Shown piece by piece: positions 55,501-63,470 of a DNA stretch of 64,000 nucleotides (positions are counted from its first letter, which is position 1; each line of letters opens with the position of its first letter). Position numbers and translations under genes: made by a program. The DNA lies in the NCBI GenBank assembly GCA_016234845.1, contig JACRNP010000012.1:478-64477 (forward strand), given 5' to 3'. The notes beneath the pieces are model-generated. The model did no database searches. It saw only the letters and a program-made list of their open reading frames with translations, and was not told where the DNA came from. The stretch comes from Deltaproteobacteria bacterium. GTDB lineage: Bacteria; Desulfobacterota; Deferrimicrobia; Deferrimicrobiales; Deferrimicrobiaceae.

Positions 55501-56061
55501 GCAACCGGGTTCTTCCTGGTCCTGACGGAGACGGGCGCGGATACCGGGATCTTCCAGGGGCGGTTCGGGTTCACCGAGGGCGCCACCGACGCGACCGCGT
55601 CCCCCCCGATCATCCAGGTGGCGAGCGGCAACGGCGTGACCGTAACATACGTCGATTTCGACCCTCCGGGGGCGAGGACCGCCGCGGCCACCTGGAGGAG
55701 GGTATTCCCGTTCAGCGACGGCCTGTTCATCGAGGATTTCCGCTGCTTCATCGCCACGGCGGCGTTCGGGTCCCCGATGGCACAGGAGGTCGCCACGTTC
55801 CGCGCATTCCGCGACCGGGTGCTCCTCTCCCTCCCCTTCGGCGACGCCGTGGTGGGGTGGTATTACCGTCTAAGCCCGACAGCGGCCGGATACATCGCGG
55901 AATCCCCCTTCTTGAAATTCGCGGCGAGATTCGTGCTGGTTCCCCTTTCCATGGCCGCCGGGATCGCGGTCGGCGACACCACCGGAACGGTCGTGATCCT
56001 CTTGATCCTAATCGGGATTCCATCGGCGTGGTGGCTGCTCCGCGGCCGTTTCCCGGCGTGA
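52513..56061 (+). CDS. M6-family (InhA-like) zinc metalloprotease with two-component-regulator-propeller repeats and a conserved C-terminal CFIATAAFGSP...hydrophobic tail
   Basis: The N-terminal signal is MTRKAIGLVALAVYFGYGAAPTIALP. The zinc motif is VIVHEMGHLFGLPDLY. Propeller-like repeats include DGLPAGTSTEAAPILSMAPETRSGSMWVGTDRGMFKM. The C-terminus is FRCFIATAAFGSPMAQEVATFRAFRDRVLL... and ends in hydrophobic stretches (LVPLSMAAGIAV, VVILLILIGIPSAWWLL). Confidence 0.8.
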   Translation: MTRKAIGLVALAVYFGYGAAPTIALPPPRPGLVDPLTHRYRTTGAKTPVIPKEVRTYRRAAPLGGKVPLATKSTSSKAAGLPRAISSATDNQVAPLVLLIDFSTRPASASPSISDNAVFASLFFGTGATDLSVANYWREVSYGKFVLARPRDKAPIDPSRPDVAGWLRADAFSAITPADIAGVQVANVRQLLSDAVGFLAGQGFDFRPYVRASDLTFHSVIIVHPGYGQEDAGAAGDPYSHTAGLSVPIPVSISGTTYSIVDYTIVPGLQAPSTGATNPAVDPRIGAGVIVHEMGHLFGLPDLYPTSTAGQVATDNVFSGAGVFDLMAYGMWGNNLLQNPSNPAHLSAWSKAHLGWLVPTLVTSSSPRTLRPVEIFPEVDKVWSNSPADPTQYFLVENREQSSSLGSWLFDQTGMAGALIWQIDEEVINAHLATNDVNSNPAFRGVYVKEADGIPHMGQTIPLTGTPNDRAPYFGQQADLFLTAGQTFNRTTPSTTVNSTPILDNTFTDHPFDFGQQVALVSFSRLVSNAIDYTVSIVGGGTSVPSWKTFNIASTTGRYADPMRSDDILSIAFDSGNNVWLGSKDRGIARFTGTNFDILNTLDGLPAGTSTEAAPILSMAPETRSGSMWVGTDRGMFKMRDSGSGFRVLSSLTESSSGNRKLPAGTGTIRSIVVRGGFLSGTTPIDIKYAATPQGVIRVNDLDTDADPVDPISVILVGDMSAVALDDNGNTTAADDLLWVGDRSGNVYRSRLPGADGGPASADPTFDAQFKRMFTLTGSQVTSLAVDKNGRLWIGTDTLGLRVFDIGETLTPAAANLGDPFDFDNDGDTTETVGPPFLDAGRGLASNNVGSIAFQSTTDTDAVAWVAHLRDSLGNEGGASRFNANATNDNTTVVDERVTVFRPDPAVPLPENQVTGPASTSVVAAAADSAGNVWFGTTTPGAAGASRFGNAGIVSLDRSNYVNISVIATATLQDDGLNTDPGVVDVAIVRVTSASDATGFFLVLTETGADTGIFQGRFGFTEGATDATASPPIIQVASGNGVTVTYVDFDPPGARTAAATWRRVFPFSDGLFIEDFRCFIATAAFGSPMAQEVATFRAFRDRVLLSLPFGDAVVGWYYRLSPTAAGYIAESPFLKFAARFVLVPLSMAAGIAVGDTTGTVVILLILIGIPSAWWLLRGRFPA

Positions 56062-56233
56062 TGGCGGGATCGACAGGGAATATGAGGGAATGCTTCTTGC
56101 TGTTTCACCCCGGAACGGATGCGCCCACCCCGGGGTGCGCGATTTGACGCAGCGGACGAGGGAAATTACCTACAGGCGGGTAACGATCCGGGTGCTGAAG
56201 GGGAGGGGAGGCCGGCTTGCTCCGGGATTGCTG

Positions 56234-58006
56234 ATGGCGGTTTCCTTTTTGATGATGGCGCCGGGCCTCCGGGGGACCGGGTCGGCCGCCGGGCTCGTTT
56301 CGGGGAACTACCAGTTGAACTGGGATCAGACGGTCGACAAGACCGATCAGGAAACCCGGGATGTCCGGAAACTGAGGCAGGCGGTCGAGATCAAGTCGAA
56401 AGGCACCACGTCCCCGGTGATCACGAACGAGGTCACGTTCAAGGTCGAGCAGGAGGTCAACTCCGATTCGCCGGACGTCGTCCGGCTGCTCCCGACCATC
56501 GACCTCGGTTTCAAGGGGAGTTACTGGGAAGCCAAGGCGGGGCTGAAACGGACCGACGAGAATTCCGACGAGCCGGGGAAGAGCCCGAAAACCACCGATG
56601 CGATATTCTTCGAGTGGTTCTACCTCCCGCCGAAGAGCGTTCCGGACCTGAAGGGGAAATACACGCTCGACATCGAAAAGGAATCCGGGACGACCGACAC
56701 GGAGAAGCACGGCGTGACCCTCTCGTCTGTGTACAACCCGAACGGGTGGCTGAACGTCCGGGGCGACTACAACCGGAACCGGCTCCACGACAAGCTCAAG
56801 GCCGACTCCGACACGGAAGACGAGAAGGTGGGAGGTTCGATCGGGTTGCGCCATGTCCTGTACGACAAGATAAAGATGGACACCACCTACACCGTGGATG
56901 TCACACGGGGCGCGACGCTGAAGAGCGACGGCACGGGTTCGGTCGCCGCGAACGACAAGAACGACCAGGTGCACACCTGGAAGAATCTCGTCACGTTCCG
57001 CCCGTTCCGGGACACGTCCATCGACGGATCGTACGATATCGACCTGAAGCAGAACATCGCGAAAGGCGAACATACCCAGACGACCAACTCGAAGGCCACC
57101 GTGGCCCAGAAGATCGGCACGCCGTTCGATCTGCGCGGGGAGTTCCTCCGCGTCGTCACGGAAGCACGGCACACGGTGGACGACAACGAGAAGACCGAGG
57201 AAACCTGGACGGCCGATTTCAAGGCGCGATTCTCGAAGATCGTCGACCTGTCGTTCCGATACCAGAAAAAGGACACGGTCGAGGACCACCTGGACGACAC
57301 GAAAGACACCACGTCCGGAACGCTCAACCGGAACGTGACCTGGACCGGGGACCTGGCTCCGTTCTGGAAGGCGTCCGCCTCGTTCGACATGACCGACACC
57401 CTGGTGAAGGACGTGAAGACCATCGTCGACACGAAATTCAGCATGAAGACGACGTTCGATTTCAAGGCGGTGAGCCTCACGCTCGACCCGTCCTACGACA
57501 TCACCTTCAAGGACGACCTGCTGAAGCCCGAGTACACCGCGATCCGCGATTTCAAGTTCAAGGTGGCGTACAAGGTGTTTTCCACGCGGACCTTCGAGGG
57601 GAAGTTCGACCACACCTACGGCAGGAAGGTCGACACGGGAGCCCGGAACATCCAGCGGACCGACAGCACCAACGGGAACCTGACGTGGAAGGACGGCGTC
57701 CCGGGGTGGACGGCCGCGTTCGACCTGACCCGCCAGGCGACCGATACCAGCCAGGATGACCTGGCCGCGGACATCACGTCCACGTTCGGCTTCAAGGCCG
57801 ATTACAAGTACGAGTGGCTTTCCCTCGGGACGAGCTACAAGTACGACAAGCGGTCCCTGACCGACAACAGCGAGAATTTCGACGCCAAATTGGGATGGGC
57901 GGCGCCGAAATGGGACACGACCCTGATCTACACGTTCAAGAAGACTTTTTCGACCGTGTTGAACGAAGGGTATACCATCAGCCTCACGTTTAAATATAAT
58001 CTCTAA
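56234..58006 (+). CDS. Putative outer-membrane beta-barrel protein
   Basis: The signal peptide is MAVSFLMMAPGLRGTGSAAG. Composition is strongly Asp/Thr/Lys/Tyr-rich and amphipathic throughout, with a C-terminal ...YTISLTFKYNL. This is unlike the cytoplasmic proteins in the window. The ORF-track start at 56090 is a 5' extension. Confidence 0.55.
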   Translation: MAVSFLMMAPGLRGTGSAAGLVSGNYQLNWDQTVDKTDQETRDVRKLRQAVEIKSKGTTSPVITNEVTFKVEQEVNSDSPDVVRLLPTIDLGFKGSYWEAKAGLKRTDENSDEPGKSPKTTDAIFFEWFYLPPKSVPDLKGKYTLDIEKESGTTDTEKHGVTLSSVYNPNGWLNVRGDYNRNRLHDKLKADSDTEDEKVGGSIGLRHVLYDKIKMDTTYTVDVTRGATLKSDGTGSVAANDKNDQVHTWKNLVTFRPFRDTSIDGSYDIDLKQNIAKGEHTQTTNSKATVAQKIGTPFDLRGEFLRVVTEARHTVDDNEKTEETWTADFKARFSKIVDLSFRYQKKDTVEDHLDDTKDTTSGTLNRNVTWTGDLAPFWKASASFDMTDTLVKDVKTIVDTKFSMKTTFDFKAVSLTLDPSYDITFKDDLLKPEYTAIRDFKFKVAYKVFSTRTFEGKFDHTYGRKVDTGARNIQRTDSTNGNLTWKDGVPGWTAAFDLTRQATDTSQDDLAADITSTFGFKADYKYEWLSLGTSYKYDKRSLTDNSENFDAKLGWAAPKWDTTLIYTFKKTFSTVLNEGYTISLTFKYNL

Positions 58007-58033
58007 GGTACAGCGACCGAACGAGGAGGGGAG

Positions 58034-59131
58034 ATGAGCGTCTGGAAAAAAACCGTGTTGTTGATCGCGGCCCTGTCGGTGGCGGCCGGCTGTTCGCGTC
58101 CGGTGCTGATCTCCAGCAGCCAGCCGTCGAAGACCAAGGACCAGTATCTGCGCGTAAAGAAGGTTTCCGTCTTCCCGTTCGAGAACTACTCGGACCTGAA
58201 GGACGCCGACAAGGCGATCGACGCCCTGCTCGTCCCGGCCCTTCGGGACCTGGAAGTGTTCGACGCCGTCGAGGACACCCGCTTCACGCGGGACATCATG
58301 AAGAAGCTCAAGATCACCTCCACCGACATTCTCGACAAGGAGCTGATGAAGAAGTTCGGCGACGAGATGAACGTCCAGGCGATCGTCTTCGGGAAGATCG
58401 TCTCCTTCGGCAAGGGGAAGGAGAAGGACTCGTCGAGCCAGGTCACCATGGACCTGTCCCTGTTCGATCCCTCCACGGGCTCTGTTCTGTGGGCCGGAAA
58501 CGTCAGCGCTTACGGGGGGCTGACGGCGGGGAAGGTGTTCGGGGTCACCGAGGGGATGCTCGACATCGAGGTGGCGCGCGACGCCGTGAAGCGGATCACC
58601 AGGGCGATGGCGTCCGACATCCGCGACGCCCGGAACCGGGAACGGAAGGGGGTCATCGCCGAGATCCGGAAGGAAGAGGAGCAGGAGCGGGCGCGCCTCG
58701 AGAAGCTGAAGGGCGAGACCGGGAAGATCCAGGCGACCATCGACAAGGCGAAGGCGGAGGCCCAGGGGATCCGCGATTCCGCGGCGAAGGACGCGGAGAA
58801 GAGCAAGACCGACCTCGAGCTGCAGAAGGCGGCGTTCGAGGCCGAGAAGACCAGGACGCAGGCCGCGCAGCAGGAGATCGACCAGGAGAAGTTGAAGGTC
58901 GAGGTCGAGCGGAAGAAGGTAGCGGAAGAGCTGAAGCGGATAGAGGACGAGAAGCGGGCGCTTGAAGAGGCCCGCAGGAAAGCCGAGGAGGCGAAGAAGG
59001 CCGCGGAATCCCCCGCCGCGTCCCCGCCTCCGGCGACGCCCCCCGCGCCGGCGGACTCCTCCGGGACTCCCCCGGCTCCGGCCGTGCCGGAAACCGCTCC
59101 CGCGCCGCCGGCGGGAAAAACGGGGCCGTAG
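58034..59131 (+). CDS. Lipoprotein with an N-terminal globular domain, a long coiled coil and a Pro/Ala-rich C-terminus
   Basis: The lipobox is LLIAALSVAAGCS. The coiled coil is ERARLEKLKGETGKIQATIDKAKAEAQ...ELKRIEDEKRALEEARRKAEEAKKAAE. The tail is PAASPPPATPPAPADSSGTPPAPAVPETAPAPPAGKTGP. Confidence 0.65.
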   Translation: MSVWKKTVLLIAALSVAAGCSRPVLISSSQPSKTKDQYLRVKKVSVFPFENYSDLKDADKAIDALLVPALRDLEVFDAVEDTRFTRDIMKKLKITSTDILDKELMKKFGDEMNVQAIVFGKIVSFGKGKEKDSSSQVTMDLSLFDPSTGSVLWAGNVSAYGGLTAGKVFGVTEGMLDIEVARDAVKRITRAMASDIRDARNRERKGVIAEIRKEEEQERARLEKLKGETGKIQATIDKAKAEAQGIRDSAAKDAEKSKTDLELQKAAFEAEKTRTQAAQQEIDQEKLKVEVERKKVAEELKRIEDEKRALEEARRKAEEAKKAAESPAASPPPATPPAPADSSGTPPAPAVPETAPAPPAGKTGP

Positions 59132-59150
59132 GGGACGGAGAAGGGACGAA

Positions 59151-59198
59151 AGGGGTTTCGATCCGGGAACCCCTGGCGGCACGCCCGCCGGGGGTTTT
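59151..59198 (+). terminator. Candidate stem-loops and short T-run after the lipoprotein gene
   Basis: AGGGGTT(59151-59157)...AACCCCT(59168-59174) forms a 7-bp stem. Then GGCGG(59176-80)-cacg-CCGCC(59185-89) is followed by GGGGGTTTT(59190-59198). The T-run is short, so this is weak. Confidence 0.3.
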
Positions 59199-59202
59199 CC
59201 AT

Positions 59203-60303
59203 ATGAAGCGACGAGAGGAGAAAGCCAAGTTGCGAAACGTGCGCGAAACGATGTTCGCGGCGCTTGCGATCGCCGCGATGGTGATCGCCGTCGGCTGTTC
59301 GAAGAAGGATGTCCGGGACGAAGCGGTGGCTTCGGTGAACGGCGAGGACGTAAAGGTCTCGGAGCTGCGGGAGTTCCTCGGGGTCCGCGGCGGAGTCGCA
59401 CCCGCGGGGTCGGTTCCCGTCGAGAAAAAGAAGGAGGCGCTCGACCGGCTGGTGGCGGGTCGCCTGCTCGCCCAGGAGGCCCGGGCGATGGGGCTGGACA
59501 ACACCGAGCAGTTCCGGGGCGCGGCTTCCCGCAACGAGCAGGGGGTCTGGATCAATGCGCTCGTGCGGAAGGAGATCGCCTCGAAGTTGAAGGTCGCCGA
59601 TTCGGACGTCGAGGGCGAGGCGAAGAAGATGCGGAGCGCGGACAACGCCATCACCGAGGCCGACGCGAAGGGGAGGGCGACCCAGGCGGTCGCCGACCGG
59701 CAGCTGCGCAAGATCGAGGAGGAGCTCCTGGAGGCGGCGAGGAAGGAGTTTCCCGCGGCGGTGGACAACGAGGCGATCGGAAGGATCGGCAAGGGCGATG
59801 CGGTCAGGGACGACGCGGTGCTCGCCACCGTGGGAGGGGAGAAGGTCAGCTACGGGGATGTGAAATCCCTCCTCGCCGGGATGTCGCCCGGCACGCACGG
59901 CAGCCAGGACCTGTCGAGGAACCCGAACGCCGTGGCGAAGGTGCTCGAACGCGAGGCGATGGGGAAATCGCTGTACGCCTACGCGAAGAAACAGGGACTC
60001 GACGGGACGGAGTGGCTGAAATCGGTCCGGTCCGACATGGAGCGGGGCGTCCTCATCAACCTGCTGGCCGAAAGGATCGCGAAGGATGTCTCCGTGACCG
60101 ACGAGGAGATCCGCGCGGCGTACGCCGAGCACGCCCAGATGCTGGTCCGGGACGGAAAGAAGATCCCCCTCGCGCAGGTGAAGGATCAGCTCCGCGGGTT
60201 CCTCGAGAACGCCAAGCGGAGGAAGGTCCTCGAGGAGCGGGTCGAAGCGCTGCGGAAGAAGGCGAAGATCACGGTCAACGAGGCGACGCTGCCGAAGGTG
60301 TGA
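59203..60303 (+). CDS. SurA-N/PpiD-like periplasmic chaperone lipoprotein
   Basis: The lipobox is AIAAMVIAVGCS; an alternative start is the ATG at 59251. SurA_N-like segments are VASVNGEDVKVSELREFL... and ...KKIPLAQVKDQLRGFLENAKRRKVLEERVEALRKKAKITVN. Confidence 0.6.
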   Translation: MKRREEKAKLRNVRETMFAALAIAAMVIAVGCSKKDVRDEAVASVNGEDVKVSELREFLGVRGGVAPAGSVPVEKKKEALDRLVAGRLLAQEARAMGLDNTEQFRGAASRNEQGVWINALVRKEIASKLKVADSDVEGEAKKMRSADNAITEADAKGRATQAVADRQLRKIEEELLEAARKEFPAAVDNEAIGRIGKGDAVRDDAVLATVGGEKVSYGDVKSLLAGMSPGTHGSQDLSRNPNAVAKVLEREAMGKSLYAYAKKQGLDGTEWLKSVRSDMERGVLINLLAERIAKDVSVTDEEIRAAYAEHAQMLVRDGKKIPLAQVKDQLRGFLENAKRRKVLEERVEALRKKAKITVNEATLPKV

Positions 60304-60340
60304 CGCCCGGGTGAATTCCATCGCCGTGAAGGACGTACCA

Positions 60341-61300
60341 ATGGAACGGAGGGCGGGCATGGGGTACCGGGTTCTGGCCGCCGTTGCGGTGTGTGCCGTG
60401 GTCGCCGGCCCGATCCGGGCGCTGGCGGGGGTATCGTTCGATTTCCTCGACGCGACGGGCGGGTTCGGAATCGGCCGGGAAAGCTTCGACCGCCCCGTGG
60501 ACGTCGTCCAGGACCGCGAGGAGAACCTGTACGTCGTGGATCGGGGGAACAACCGGATCCAGGTGCTGGACCGGAGGGGGAGGTTCGTCCGCGAATGGGG
60601 CGGGCGCGGTTTTTCCCCGGGATCGTTCGACGCTCCGTCGGCGATCGCGATCGACCGCGCGGCCGGCGTCCTGTTCGTCGTCGACACGGGGAACCACCGC
60701 ATCCAGAAGTTCGACCTGAACGGGAAGGCGCTCCTGTCGTTCGGCCGGCTGGGTTCCGGAACCGGGGATTTCAATAAACCGCTGGACGTCGCCCTGGACC
60801 GGAAGGGGAACGTCTACGTGGCGGATTCCGGCAATAACCGGATCCAGAAGTTCGACTCCTCCGGGAAGTTCCTGGTCGAATGGGGGAGGTTCGCGAGGAG
60901 GAAGGGCGCGGAGCTCAACAACCCGGTTTCCCTCGCGTATTCGGAGGAGGGATTCGGGTTCGTCTACGTCCTCAACTCCCCGGAATGCAGGGTCCAGAAG
61001 TACGACATCGAGGGAAACCTCTCCAAGGAATGGCCGATGCACCGGAAGGGCGAAGGGGCCCTGTGCGGCCCTTCCCGCATCCGGATTGAACCCCGAAAAT
61101 ATACGGTGTATATTGCGGACACGGAGAACGACCGGGTGATCCTGTTCGACCGGGACGGCGAGCCGCTCGGGGACCTGAAAACGGGGAAGGCCGGATTCCG
61201 CAAACCGGCGGGGGTATCCGTGGACGTGACCTTCGACGAGAACGTGGTCGTTGCCGACACCGGGAACCATCTCATCCAGAAATTCAGGAGGACAAGGTGA
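60341..61300 (+). CDS. Secreted NHL-repeat beta-propeller protein
   Basis: AAGGA lies before the ATG at 60341; the ORF-track start is the GTG at 60311. The signal is MERRAGMGYRVLAAVAVCAVVAGPIRALAG. NHL repeats include LYVVDRGNNRIQVLD, LFVVDTGNHRIQKFD, VYVADSGNNRIQKFD and VYIADTENDRVILFD. Confidence 0.75.
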   Translation: MERRAGMGYRVLAAVAVCAVVAGPIRALAGVSFDFLDATGGFGIGRESFDRPVDVVQDREENLYVVDRGNNRIQVLDRRGRFVREWGGRGFSPGSFDAPSAIAIDRAAGVLFVVDTGNHRIQKFDLNGKALLSFGRLGSGTGDFNKPLDVALDRKGNVYVADSGNNRIQKFDSSGKFLVEWGRFARRKGAELNNPVSLAYSEEGFGFVYVLNSPECRVQKYDIEGNLSKEWPMHRKGEGALCGPSRIRIEPRKYTVYIADTENDRVILFDRDGEPLGDLKTGKAGFRKPAGVSVDVTFDENVVVADTGNHLIQKFRRTR

Positions 61301-61887
61301 CGATGCGCCTCTTTCCGAAGCAGAAATGCCGGGCGGGGATTCTCGCCGCGCTGGTGCTCCTGGCCGCTTCCGCCGGATTCGCGGAAGAGAGGAACATGAC
61401 CCCCCTTTCGGGCGGGGTGCCGATGATCGAGGGGATCAAGATGCTCGAGGCCGGAGCGGTCGCCCCCGATTTCACGGTGAAGGACACGGACGGGACCTCT
61501 TTCCGGTTCGCCGAGGAAGCGGCGAAGAAGCCGGTCCTCATCGTCTTCTGGTCCATCTTCTGCGAGCCGTGCCGGTTCGAGATGCCGGTGATACAGAAAC
61601 TCTTTGAAAAGCACAGGGATGCGATCTCCGTGGCGGCGGTCGCCCTCGACGGCGAGCCGCTGAAGAACAGCATCGTGGGGTTCGTGAAGCAGGAAGGGTA
61701 CACGTTCAAGGTCCTGGTGGACGAGCTCGACGAGAGGGAGATGTTCAAGGTCGCCGACCCGTTCGGCGTCGCCGGGACCCCGACCGTGTTCCTCGTCGAG
61801 AAGGGGGGGAAGATCGCCCTCGCCAAGGTCGGCCGTTTCAAGGAAGAGGATCTCGAGAAGGCCATCCAGTCCGTCCTGAAGAAATGA
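61297..61887 (+). CDS. TlpA/ResA-like periplasmic thiol-disulfide oxidoreductase (thioredoxin fold, CEPC active site)
   Basis: AGGAGG lies before the GTG at 61297; an ATG alternative is at 61303. The signal is MRLFPKQKCRAGILAALVLLAASAGFA. The redoxin motif is PVLIVFWSIFCEPCRFEMPVIQKL. Confidence 0.8.
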   Translation: MTMRLFPKQKCRAGILAALVLLAASAGFAEERNMTPLSGGVPMIEGIKMLEAGAVAPDFTVKDTDGTSFRFAEEAAKKPVLIVFWSIFCEPCRFEMPVIQKLFEKHRDAISVAAVALDGEPLKNSIVGFVKQEGYTFKVLVDELDEREMFKVADPFGVAGTPTVFLVEKGGKIALAKVGRFKEEDLEKAIQSVLKK

Positions 61888-61894
61888 GATCGGA

Positions 61895-63436
61895 ATGCGG
61901 GTGATCCGGACCGCCTGCCTCGCCCTGCTTCTCCTCCTGGTCGCGGCGCCCGCCTTCGGAGTCGCCGTGGGCGAGCGGGCCGTGCCCTTCGAAGGGGAAA
62001 CGCTCGGGGGGGAGCGATTCCGGCTGGCGGATTCGATCGGCAAGAAGGTGATCCTCCTCAAGTTCGGATCGATCTACTGCTCCACCTGCGTTTCCTCGCT
62101 CGAGGACGTCTCCCGCATACAGAGACGGTTCAAGGCGTCCGACCTGCAGATCGTCGGCGTGAACCTCGACGTGTACGGGCTGTCGCGGGTCCGGCGCTTC
62201 TACCGCGGATACGCGAACCTGATCAAGTACCCGATGGTCATCGACGAAAAGCTCGCCGCCTCCCGGCCGTACGACATCCAGTCGATCCCCGCGCACGTGA
62301 TCATCGACCGGCAGGGGGTGGTCCGGTTCGTTTCCACCGGCGCTTCCGGCGACGACCTGAAAATCCTCGAAGAGGCGCTCGGCAAGGTCATCCGGGGAGA
62401 GTCCGGGATCGAAAAACTGGCGAAGGAGCTCCCCCTTCAGGTATTCCTTCCGATCAACTTCACGAAGACGCTGCAGGATTCGATGTACATCGTCGGGAAG
62501 GCGAAGCGGGGAGCGCGGGTCACGCTGGCGCTGAACGGCGGCTCCCGGCAGTCCGTGACCGTGATGCGGGACCTCTTCTACATCCGGACCCCCCTGTCGC
62601 TCGGCTCCAACTATCTCGAAGTGTCGATCGTCGATCCGGTCGGCGGAAGGGTGAACCAGGGAGTCGTGATCTTCCGCGAGCCGAAGATGGGGTCGGGGAT
62701 CGAGTCTCCCTTCCCGGAATACCGCTTCCACAACGAGAAGAACGAGGCGCCTTGCCGGGCATGCCACAACATGAACCCTCCGGAGCAGGGCGCGCAGGGG
62801 TTCGCGACGGCCACCCAGTTCTGCCTCGGGTGCCACAAGGAGCTGACCGGGCAGCGGCAGGTCCACGGTCCGATCACCATCGGCGGGTGCGCCCCGTGCC
62901 ACCAGTTCAACTCCCGCCCGAACCGGTACGAGGTGATCGCGCAGGGGCAGGATCTCTGCTTCAAGTGCCACGAGGAGAAGCGGAAGGACCTCATCAAGTC
63001 GTTCCTTCACGGCCCGATGTCCGCGGGGCTCTGCACGATCTGCCACAGCCCCCACGCCTCGTCGGAAAAGTACCAGCTTCGCCGGTTCATGGGAGACCTC
63101 TGCGTGATGTGCCACGAGGCGATGAAGGCGGTATCGTTCCGGAAGGTGGTCCACAAACCGGTCAACGACGGGGCGTGCGGCGGTTGCCACGAATCGCACT
63201 CCTCCGACCGGAACGACAACTTCGTGAAGAAGCCGGGGAACGCCCTGTGTTTTTCTTGTCACCCGAACATTACCAAGTCGACGCACAATCATCCGTTCGG
63301 AGTCCCTCCGAAGAAGGAGCGGGTGATCAAGCTGGACAAGGAGGGGAACCTGATTTGCGTCTCCTGCCACGAGCCGCACGCGGGCGACGAGAGCAAACTT
63401 CTGGTCAAGGGCGGATGCGCGAAGTGCCACTCCTGA
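61895..63436 (+). CDS. Fusion of a thioredoxin-like (CSTC) domain to a roughly decaheme c-type cytochrome
   Basis: The signal is MRVIRTACLALLLLLVAAPAFG. The N-terminal redoxin domain is VILLKFGSIYCSTCVSSLEDV...IVGVNLD...IPAHVIIDRQGVVRFV. The C-terminal half has CRACH, CLGCH, CAPCH, CFKCH, CTICH, CVMCH, CGGCH, CFSCH, CVSCH and CAKCH. Confidence 0.85.
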   Translation: MRVIRTACLALLLLLVAAPAFGVAVGERAVPFEGETLGGERFRLADSIGKKVILLKFGSIYCSTCVSSLEDVSRIQRRFKASDLQIVGVNLDVYGLSRVRRFYRGYANLIKYPMVIDEKLAASRPYDIQSIPAHVIIDRQGVVRFVSTGASGDDLKILEEALGKVIRGESGIEKLAKELPLQVFLPINFTKTLQDSMYIVGKAKRGARVTLALNGGSRQSVTVMRDLFYIRTPLSLGSNYLEVSIVDPVGGRVNQGVVIFREPKMGSGIESPFPEYRFHNEKNEAPCRACHNMNPPEQGAQGFATATQFCLGCHKELTGQRQVHGPITIGGCAPCHQFNSRPNRYEVIAQGQDLCFKCHEEKRKDLIKSFLHGPMSAGLCTICHSPHASSEKYQLRRFMGDLCVMCHEAMKAVSFRKVVHKPVNDGACGGCHESHSSDRNDNFVKKPGNALCFSCHPNITKSTHNHPFGVPPKKERVIKLDKEGNLICVSCHEPHAGDESKLLVKGGCAKCHS

Positions 63437-63470
63437 CGGACGGAGCCGCAGGCCGGGAAAGGTGCGGGCG

